Positions 38,260 to 46,038 of a stretch of 64,000 bases of DNA are shown in pieces (the first letter of the stretch is position 1; each line of letters opens with the position of its first letter). Source of the stretch: a virus; the IMG/VR virus record IMGVR_UViG_3300032309_001546, positions 64,001 to 128,000 of that record. One strand, given 5' to 3'. The position numbers and the translations under genes were made by a program. The notes beneath the pieces are model-generated. The model was not told the DNA's origin. It saw nothing but the letters and a program-made list of their open reading frames with translations, and ran no database searches.

Positions 38260-39810
38260 TCCTGGGAAGTTCATTAAAACACTTACACACCCAGTGTGCA
38301 GTTTGCTCAACGCATAAATTACTAGTCTGATACTTGTTAACAGACCAGCGATCTATACGCCGTGAACCCATCCAGGGACGCCAGGAGCCTTGCCTCCGTC
38401 CTGGGATTAGCTTCGCACATTAGCATGACATAAAGCGTTTTATCCCTTAAAGGATTCTTGCGCTGCAGTCTTCTTCTCCCACTACATTACTAGACTAGAG
38501 GTTCAATGGGCCTCTATGCTAGGGATCTTGCCGCCGAATTGCGCGAGAAGATATAACCATCCTACTCCTTTTGAGAGCAAGAGCATCTAGTAATTACCTG
38601 ACCTATGTGTAGTTATCTATGGGCAAACAGATCCTAACAAGAACTGAACCTCTGGCAGCGGTTTCTTGTTAGTTTAGGCGTACAAGCGCCTATCCCCTCT
38701 TATACGTGCATGCCTGGCAGTCATCACATACTAATTGGGGGCTGATCTTTTGCTTGCATAGTGATTTGGGTTCTTCTTACCAGTAAGAGCGGCGCTACTC
38801 GCTAAAACCAGTATATAGGGTGTTTATAACCCAATCCAAATGCAAACGGCTCCTCGGTATTTCAACCGAATCACAGCCTTCTACAAGTGTCAAGTGTGGG
38901 AGTCAAAGACACAGCATCCTTCTTGGGACGCTTTGTGTCATACTTCTGTTACGAAGCTAAAGCAACGAATCTCACCATCTCACAGACCAGGTCCTGTCTA
39001 CACAGTAATCAACTGTATAGCGGTTATCTGATCTGTCCTCGTTGATTCCTCGTTATCTCTGCAGAAGGGCTACCGCTTAAAGTAGAAATCCTCCTGGATA
39101 ACTTGGTCCACCGGCCACACCTGCTAGAGTGCGCCTACTCTGTCTCACGACAGTTGGGGAATTATGCAGCATTTACTCTGTAAAAACAGGGAAAGGGTTC
39201 AGCACTTGCCGCCTTGCTTAAGGGCGGGAGTTTGCCTATCACGAGATCTGCTTGTGTCGGTTTTGCGGGGTGTTTTTGTTGAGGTTCCCCTTTTGCCTCC
39301 TTTTTTAAAGTCCGTACTCTCTTTCGAGGACAACAGACTTAGTGCGCGTAATCAACGCTTGGGAAAGTTAAAACCCATATAGTCATCTTTGGTGAGGGAT
39401 GACGCCCTACTGCCGACAGGCAGACCCCTAAAATCTCTATTAGCCATACTTGACATCCACACCACCGACATATTAGGAGCTTTCGCCCCCGGAAGAACTG
39501 TTCCTCCTTGGTGTTTCAGTCTGTGTTGCAGGCCGTACGAGATCTTAGGTTGACAGTTTTTCTGCTACCGACTTTTAGGGATTGCTCCCTCCGCCGGATT
39601 TATGCAGGAACACAGTTTTGGCTGTTAGCCTAGCTGCTTATACTGTCCTCGTGTCCTCTCCGACCATCCACCTTTGGGCATGGCCAGATACTGCACAAGT
39701 CAACGAACCGGTAAGATTCGTTGCTTATTTTTTATGGGGCGTTAACTACGTGCAAAACCTTGCCAACGCTGATCCCCACATATGGTCACTCCATATGTTT
39801 AAGACTCCAC
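38260..39810 (-). ncRNA. Candidate large structured non-coding RNA (about 1.55 kb)
   Basis: No minus-strand ORF of 60 aa or more; bounded by two copies of the cassette element; dense in inverted repeats. Confidence 0.5.
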
Positions 39811-39999
39811 TGTTTAGCCCATAGTATTCTTTTGACGACTATTTTTGGACTATTTGAGTAAAGTAAAACAATTTAACCCATAACTATACAACTCTTTGAG
39901 TATTAGAGAAAAAATAGCCCTTAACGCGGGCTAGACGTGCTTTTCTGTTCCCAAGAAGCAACTCTCGGATGGGCACCACCCCATCAGGCACCTCCCGTT

Positions 40000-40287
40000 T
40001 CAGGGAGACGGGCACTCCCCATCTTTGAGGTGACGCTTGCTGCGCACACAGCCGTATTCGGCCATGCGAGCCTCCACCTTGCGAAGGTGAAGAGTGTCAC
40101 CCCAAACCGAGATGTAGGGTTTATTAGCCAAAGCTCCGAGAAGCCGGCCAATTCCCCACATCACGTCGGAAGCCTCGTCCTTGAGTTCTTCAAGGTTTTT
40201 AACCTCGAAAAGCTCTACTGCCTCTTCGGCAATATGGACGATAGCAACCCGGATGGGAAGCACCTCAAGACATTTACAGAAATGCAT
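40000..40287 (-). CDS. Small MazG-like NTP pyrophosphatase-fold protein
   Basis: HIAEEAVELFE...ELKDEASDV (EExxE...ExxD); AAGGAG RBS. Confidence 0.55.
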   Translation of the reverse strand: MHFCKCLEVLPIRVAIVHIAEEAVELFEVKNLEELKDEASDVMWGIGRLLGALANKPYISVWGDTLHLRKVEARMAEYGCVRSKRHLKDGECPSP

Positions 40288-40445
40288 CTGTAGACTCCTT
40301 GTGGTAATGCTGTATGCAGTACAGCGCTGTGAGTAAAAGGATCTTTACTTCACTGTTTAGCCCAGACTAGTGTACTATTTAAGTATGTTTCAAAGAATGA
40401 CCCATCTTGCGATGGGTCACTCAGTGATGTCTCTCTTCCCTTTCT

Positions 40446-40808
40446 CTACTTCCGCCAGGCCCCAGTACGAGCCTCGACCACAGTCTTGAGGTTGCAGTAG
40501 AGGTTGCCCACCGCATAGCGGCAGGGGGTAGCGGTGGTCAGCCAGTCCTCGTTGGACTGAAGGTCGGGACCCTTGGCCATGGCCAGAGAGTAGCGAGCTT
40601 CCTCTGACAACTGGCATTTGGCCAGAGTCTTGCGGTGCACCGAGACCTTGACGGTGTCGATCTCGCCGCTGAAAGAAGCCGCCACGTGGTTCCAGCCGAT
40701 GGCCTTGAGGGCCTCGACGATCTCCGTCTTGTAGACCGAGACGGGAAGGGTGGGGGGGAAGGAGATAAGGAGCGCGCTATCCGTCACATCATTGATCTTC
40801 TTGCACAT
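40446..40808 (-). CDS. Hypothetical cassette gene
   Basis: Start MCKK after GGAGG; GC3-rich codons; has its own repeat element. Confidence 0.75.
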   Translation of the reverse strand: MCKKINDVTDSALLISFPPTLPVSVYKTEIVEALKAIGWNHVAASFSGEIDTVKVSVHRKTLAKCQLSEEARYSLAMAKGPDLQSNEDWLTTATPCRYAVGNLYCNLKTVVEARTGAWRK

Positions 40809-40953
40809 GGTTTCCTCCATTGGAAAGGCGGTGTGGCGCACCGTGGCAGGGGGTAGAATCTGCCATCTTCTAGTTCATAGTAGGACTATTTAAGTACTAT
40901 AGATTACTTACCCCACCTTGCAGTGGGGCTTTCATCTACCTCAACCTCAGCTC

Positions 40954-41100
40954 TTAGTCCTGCATGCAGCTCCACGAGATGCCGATCCAGGACAGGATCA
41001 GAAGACCCGCGCAGACCGGCTCCATCACGCCAGAGCCAAAGCTCCAGCCGAGGGTGCAGGTTGCGAGGAGGAAGCTGGCGGTAGCGATTGCATTCTTCAT
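40954..41100 (-). CDS. 48-aa two-helix membrane protein (not in the ORF track)
   Basis: MKNAIATASFLLATCTLGWSFGSGVMEPVCAGLLILSWIGISWSCMQD; GGAG RBS; fills one cassette. Confidence 0.7.
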   Translation of the reverse strand: MKNAIATASFLLATCTLGWSFGSGVMEPVCAGLLILSWIGISWSCMQD

Positions 41101-41244
41101 GACATTCTCCAGTTTGGCATCATTCTTTACGAAGTGTAAAGCTATGTATGCCCACAGCCTAGCCCATACTACTATTTGTGTATCCTAGAAAAGATAGCCC
41201 ACCTCCTCAGGGTGAGCCATCCTATCTATCCTCAATCGCTCTAG

Positions 41245-41424
41245 TTACTCGCTGCGGTCAGCAAGCCAACCACCACGACGCACCGACTGGCGGCACGCGA
41301 GGCAGTCACAGCCCCAAAGGGCGTCGGCGATGTCGCTTTCCCAGGCAAACTCCTCTTCCTCCGTGAGGAGGACGATGAGCTCGATCTGAAACAGGGCGAG
41401 GATCTTGACAAGAATCTTGTCCAT
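41245..41424 (-). CDS. Hypothetical cassette gene
   Basis: Start MDKILV after AAGGAG. Confidence 0.7.
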   Translation of the reverse strand: MDKILVKILALFQIELIVLLTEEEEFAWESDIADALWGCDCLACRQSVRRGGWLADRSE

Positions 41425-41549
41425 GGCTAACTCCTTTACGAGTGGGGACGACATTATCCCAAAGCTGGCCAAAGATTAACTCATAGCAGTACAACTATTT
41501 ATGTATTGTCGATTACTTACCCCTTACGGGGCTTTCGTCGGGTTGCTCT

Positions 41550-41810
41550 CTACTTGTCGCCGCATACCGGGAGTGGCGTGCCGTTAGGCACGTCACTCAT
41601 CGGGTGTGGGTGAGTCGCAGAGAAGTCTACAATCCACCACCGCCAACGGGTTTCCCCGCTAAGGCTGCAGTCGATCTCAACAAGCTCGTCCTCAACGCAG
41701 TACCCAGCAACCTTCGGCTCGATCGTACCGGTGGTCGGCACGGGGAGCGTGTTGTTGCTGGAGCAAGCGGTGAGGAGCGAGGCAAGCAACGCGATCTTCA
41801 ACTTATCCAT
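41550..41810 (-). CDS. Putative lipoprotein
   Basis: MDKLKIALLASLLTAC: signal peptide with lipobox LTAC; AAGGAG RBS. Confidence 0.75.
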   Translation of the reverse strand: MDKLKIALLASLLTACSSNNTLPVPTTGTIEPKVAGYCVEDELVEIDCSLSGETRWRWWIVDFSATHPHPMSDVPNGTPLPVCGDK

Positions 41811-41934
41811 GAGATCTCCTTTCGGTTTGGGTGACATTACCCATCTCACCGTTTAGCCCATAGGACTGTTTAAGTATTGTTCAAAGAATAGCCCGCCTAA
41901 GCGAGCCACTCGATGATGCAGTCTACCTCATCCT

Positions 41935-42135
41935 CTAGTCATCGAATCCATACTGCCAAAACAGCGAGGACACGATGGCCATGCCGATCAGCACGATCGT
42001 TGCGAACGTGCCGAGAGCGTTGAACAGGTTCTCGGGGCCGGCGACCCGAAGCCAGTTGTCCATGAGGCAACCAGCGAAGAACATATTCAAGAGGTGAACG
42101 AAGACGCGGACAATGTTCCAGAGAACCTTAACCAT
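41935..42135 (-). CDS. Small two-TM membrane protein
   Basis: Start MVKVLW after AAGGAG; two hydrophobic segments. Confidence 0.75.
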   Translation of the reverse strand: MVKVLWNIVRVFVHLLNMFFAGCLMDNWLRVAGPENLFNALGTFATIVLIGMAIVSSLFWQYGFDD

Positions 42136-42276
42136 GACAGACTCCTTTCTAGTAATATTCCCCAACGAAATGCGGGGCTATATCACCACACTTTAACCCA
42201 CACTACTTGAACTATTTAAGTACAGTAGAAAAGATAGCCCACCTTGCGGTGAGCCAGAGCTTCCCTGATTGTGGAC

Positions 42277-42567
42277 CTAAGGCTTGTTAGCCAAGTGGTC
42301 CGTGATGGCCTTGCTGTTGCCCTGCGAAGGGCAGCACCCAAACTCGCGGAACCAGTAGTCCCGCTTGTTATGCCACTTCTTCTTGGCGGCCTTCTTCCGA
42401 GCCTCGCTTGCCTTTTTACGGGCAGCACGGACAGAGGCGCGAATCTTGCGAGCCTGCTGACGAGTTTCCTCGTCAACAAGCCCGCAGAACAGGATCATGA
42501 AACCCGTTCCTGCACCCCCGAGAAGAATGACGGCGAAAATCAATCGCAACCACATCATCGAGTCCAT
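42277..42567 (-). CDS. Membrane-anchored basic protein
   Basis: N-terminal TM then K/R/A-rich helix; AAGGAGG RBS. Confidence 0.75.
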   Translation of the reverse strand: MDSMMWLRLIFAVILLGGAGTGFMILFCGLVDEETRQQARKIRASVRAARKKASEARKKAAKKKWHNKRDYWFREFGCCPSQGNSKAITDHLANKP

Positions 42568-42725
42568 AACAAACCTCCTTTACGTTAGGTTAGCGCTCTG
42601 CGAATCTGCAGTTTACGCCATGTCATGTCACCTTCTAAGTCATACTATTTAAGTATCTTAGAAAAAATGACCCGTCCAAAGACGGGCCATGTTCCCTTGC
42701 CCACCCTAAGGTGAGCCGTTGCTCT

Positions 42726-42968
42726 TTACCTGAACGGAACGTACAGGTAGAGAGCGCGACGATTGAACCCAGTCGCCTTGTGGATGCTCGCGAAGAGCCG
42801 GTATTCCGGGGGCGAGCTGGTCATGGCGCTGTAAACGCCACGTGCGACCTGGTAGCCGCATCTGCTCCCGCGGTTCTCGAAGGCAGTCCAGGCCGCAGCC
42901 TGAGACAGCCAGTCGAGAAGACGATCCTCCTCTGTCTTGGGGGTCGTCTCGTTGGTGTTGTTGCTCAT
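42726..42968 (-). CDS. Hypothetical cassette gene
   Basis: Start MSNNTN after AAGGAGG. Confidence 0.75.
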   Translation of the reverse strand: MSNNTNETTPKTEEDRLLDWLSQAAAWTAFENRGSRCGYQVARGVYSAMTSSPPEYRLFASIHKATGFNRRALYLYVPFR

Positions 42969-43123
42969 TTTATCCTCCTTGAAGGTTGCAGTGTGGCGCA
43001 CTGGGCAGGGGGTAGAATCTGCCATATATTAACTCATAGCAGAACTCTGTAAGTATTAGAGAAGAAATACCCCACCCTAGCATAAGCCAAAGTGGGGCAA
43101 TCCTCTAGTCCATCAACCAGTTA

Positions 43124-43351
43124 TTACCAGTTGAAATCCTGCTCAACATGATGGAGCACCTCAGTGCCAAACACGCTGAACCGAATCAACAGTCGAAGGC
43201 GCACAGGGGTGCCACCCTCGATGCCGTGGTGCTGCAGCCCAAAGGCCACAAGATTCTTCCACCCACGGCCGGGGTGGGGAGTGGTGTCAATGACAACACC
43301 GTTCACCATGGTCTCAACCTCAAGCAACTGCATCTCGGTCGTGATCATCAT
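43124..43351 (-). CDS. Hypothetical cassette gene
   Basis: Start MMITTE after GGAGG. Confidence 0.75.
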   Translation of the reverse strand: MMITTEMQLLEVETMVNGVVIDTTPHPGRGWKNLVAFGLQHHGIEGGTPVRLRLLIRFSVFGTEVLHHVEQDFNW

Positions 43352-43551
43352 CTTATCCTCCATTGAAAAGGAAGGGAATTTCACCCCACCCGAGAACACT
43401 CTCAGGATTTGAAGTTCATAGAAAATTTGAACCTCCACACTTTAGCTCATACTATTTAAGTATATAAGAAAAGATGGCCCATCCTCTCGGACAGGCCACC
43501 TAAGCTAATACAAGCTGACTCAAGGGCTCAAAGGATCAAGCTCTCAATCAA

Positions 43552-43752
43552 TCAATGCCAGGGATTACGCCCAGCAGGATTGAAGAAGCCGCGACGGGCG
43601 CACTCACGCTTGATCTCCTCGCGCCTCTCTTCCATATCCCGGCAGTAGCTGTTGCCCCAGCCGTACTGGCTGTGGAAACGGACATCATCCGCGAGAAGGT
43701 TGACGGAAATGAGGGAATTGCAGTTCCGAATCTCAATCTTCAACTTATCCAT
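43552..43752 (-). CDS. Hypothetical cassette gene
   Basis: Start MDKLKIE after GGAGG. Confidence 0.75.
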   Translation of the reverse strand: MDKLKIEIRNCNSLISVNLLADDVRFHSQYGWGNSYCRDMEERREEIKRECARRGFFNPAGRNPWH

Positions 43753-43892
43753 GGCAAACCTCCAGGTTGAAATCACTCCTATGAAATATAGGTAGTGTGC
43801 CAAATGTTAACTCATAGTAGTACTCTGTTAGTATGTTAGAAAAGATAGCCCCCGAAGGGGCCAGAGCTTGACCAGAGCGTGAGCTCTAGTTA

Positions 43893-44156
43893 CTACTTGT
43901 ACATCGCCTTAATGAAGGCGTTCTCGATGGCGCGAACCAGCTGCCAGCTCGCGTTCATCTCCTTGTCCAGGTCCCAGGAGGAACCGTCCTTGGCCTCGAT
44001 GTCCTTGAGGCGGGAGATCTCGACCTTGATCGTGCTAAGCGTGTTCCGAAGCTCCTCATGGGAACCCTCTTTGATACCGTTGTTGTCAACAGAATCATTG
44101 AAGGTTGCCCAGCAGGTCTCCGCAATCTCGCTCATCTGGATCATGCTCTTGTTCAT
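43893..44156 (-). CDS. Hypothetical helical cassette gene
   Basis: Start MNKSM after GGAGG. Confidence 0.75.
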   Translation of the reverse strand: MNKSMIQMSEIAETCWATFNDSVDNNGIKEGSHEELRNTLSTIKVEISRLKDIEAKDGSSWDLDKEMNASWQLVRAIENAFIKAMYK

Positions 44157-44313
44157 CTTATCCTCCGTTGGTTGGAAGGGAATTTCACCCTGCCCGAGAC
44201 AATTCCCAGGACTTGAAGCTAGTAAGATTACCAACTCCCACATGTTAACCCATAATACTATTTGAGTATCTTAGAAAAGATAGCTCGCCATTACAGCGAG
44301 CCAGAGCTAATCT

Positions 44314-44670
44314 CTAACGCCAGTTGTGAACAATGCTGAACCAGGGTTGAACCAGGTCAGCCGGAAGCTCCTTGTGGAGCTTATCCGTGATTTCCCTCCA
44401 CTCCAGCATGTGCTGGTAGCGGATAGAGGACGGGATCTCACGGTTGTAGCCGTGGAACCCCTCAAACCAAGCGACGAACACCTGGATATCCTCTGCAGTA
44501 GCCTTGCGAGCCTGATCCCTAATCTCCTCAAGGGAGACCTGGGCAGCAGACTTGACGGCAGGAGCAACGTTGACAGTCTTGACGCTCTCCTTCCCGAAGG
44601 GGAAGAAAAGAGTAACAAGGCCGACGACGAAGCAAAGAGCCATCAAAGCGACAAGAATAACGTTCAACAT
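44314..44670 (-). CDS. Membrane-anchored hypothetical protein
   Basis: N-terminal TM; AGGAGG RBS. Confidence 0.75.
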   Translation of the reverse strand: MLNVILVALMALCFVVGLVTLFFPFGKESVKTVNVAPAVKSAAQVSLEEIRDQARKATAEDIQVFVAWFEGFHGYNREIPSSIRYQHMLEWREITDKLHKELPADLVQPWFSIVHNWR

Positions 44671-44789
44671 GGCAAACCTCCTGGTTGAAATCGTTCCTAT
44701 GAATTATAGGTAACGTGCCACAAGTTAAGTCATACTATTTGTGTATGTAAGAAAGAATGACCCACCTTGCGATGGGTCACTCAATCAGG

Positions 44790-44981
44790 CTACAGAGAGA
44801 AGTATCTCTGTGACCACACGACGGACAGGCTGTTCCACGTACCCCAGGTCAGGGTGCTATGGCGGGTGTGCTTGTCCATGCTGCGGTCGATGACATCAAG
44901 CTCCTTGCGGGAGACTGCCGAAGCAATCTCTTGAAGGAACTTCTTTGCCAGGTACTCATTAGACGCGACATTGATTCTCAT
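44790..44981 (-). CDS. Hypothetical cassette gene
   Basis: 63 aa; GGAG RBS. Confidence 0.7.
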   Translation of the reverse strand: MRINVASNEYLAKKFLQEIASAVSRKELDVIDRSMDKHTRHSTLTWGTWNSLSVVWSQRYFSL

Positions 44982-45084
44982 TGTCTATCTCCATGAAGGG
45001 TGAAATTACCCACATACTATCCCATACTATTTAAGTATAGGAGAAAAAATGACCCATCTCTCGATAGGTCATTGATCCTAGTAC

Positions 45085-45573
45085 CTACTTGATGTAGGTA
45101 TTGATTGACATCAGGCTGCGCATAGCCTGGTGTTGATACTCCGTTTTGGCAACCCACTCAAAGGTCGCCTCAATGGAGCGTTCGAGCCGATTAAGCGGCC
45201 CGCTGAGGAACTGAATCTCACCCTGCGACATAGGCGGGGTAAGGTCCGACTCAACAAACTTAGCAAAGACATCCCACTGGTTGTTAAGCCAGAGAGTGAA
45301 AGATGCGTGAGCCTGTTGAGCCCGGACCAAGCGTTCCATTGCTTGATCCGTCGTGATGTTCTGAGCACAGGCGTTGATGCCAGTCCTCCAGACGCAAGTC
45401 TTGAGGCCCACCGCCTGGATCTCAAGAACATCACGCTCCACTGCAGCGACCTGCTCGTGGAAGTACCGAGAGATCATCCCGGCGGTGGGTGCCTCATTGG
45501 TTGAATAGGTATAAATACCCTCAACCGATGAAGCGTTGACGAGGAGAGCGGACACGATAACGTTGTTCGACAT
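45085..45573 (-). CDS. Hypothetical protein, first gene of the leftward arm
   Basis: Start MSNNV after GGAG. Confidence 0.75.
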   Translation of the reverse strand: MSNNVIVSALLVNASSVEGIYTYSTNEAPTAGMISRYFHEQVAAVERDVLEIQAVGLKTCVWRTGINACAQNITTDQAMERLVRAQQAHASFTLWLNNQWDVFAKFVESDLTPPMSQGEIQFLSGPLNRLERSIEATFEWVAKTEYQHQAMRSLMSINTYIK

Positions 45574-45639
45574 GATTGACTCCAAGACAAAGGGCGGAAT
45601 TGCCCACACACTAGCCCATAACGGTACAGGCGGTCGATC

Positions 45640-46035
45640 CAAAGGGGGTGGGCTAAAACGAATAGGGGGTACACATCTTTACCAGGCGGGCTATATAGAG
45701 TACCCACTCTTTTCCGAAAAAAAATATATTAATTATATATATCCAGATATATAGCCTGTCTTTAGATTGCTCTTTTCCAAAAAAAATATATATAAATATA
45801 TAAGCCTATATAGAGTTCTTTAGGCAAGTCTACGTCCCCTTTTCAGACCTATACCCCCTTTTCCCCTAGCTTTCCCACTAAGTGTTTTCTCAAAATATAT
45901 ATAGAGGTTTTCCCCTATACTATATATAGGACTTTTCCTTATACATATAAGGTCTTTCCTTAAATAATATTTAAGGTTTTTTCCTTTTCCCTATATAGCG
46001 TCCCTTATGGTATCAAGTTAATAAAGTTTAAACTT
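45640..46035. other. Divergence point; AT-rich low-complexity region, candidate genome terminus or packaging site
   Basis: Strand switch and abrupt GC drop; two GGGGGT runs (45643, 45665), duplicated CTCTTTTCC.AAAAAAAATATAT (about 45708, 45770), many TATA/CCCC runs; adjacent to the TerS-like gene. Confidence 0.55.
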
Positions 46036-46038
46036 AGT

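Larger units (their letters stand above)
38211..45070 (-). repeat. Dispersed intergenic repeat (16 core copies in this span): terminator hairpin + T-tract + ATACTTAAATAGT + ATGRGYTAA
   Basis: Plus-strand core ACTATTTAAGTAT (0-3 mismatches) at 38230, 39849, 39891, 40374, 40885, 41171, 41494, 41865, 42211, 42644, 43044, 43451, 43822, 44257, 44734, 45026; a further copy at 31115. Confidence 0.9.

Noticed and set aside
38737-38760. tmRNA 5' end (GGGGCTGAT)
   Set aside because: No following GG.TTCGAC, no matching 3' T-arm/acceptor, and it is on the strand opposite to local transcription.
38260-39810. Stop-codon reassignment hiding a gene in the ORF-free regions
   Set aside because: Well-identified genes end at TAG and TAA at expected lengths and are not fragmented, no suppressor tRNA is seen, and the regions are hairpin-rich rather than codon-patterned.
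38211-45070. Integron cassette array or CRISPR array
   Set aside because: Spacers lack the paired RYYYAAC/GTTRRRY attC structure and no integrase is present; repeats are degenerate and separated by whole genes, and no cas genes are seen.
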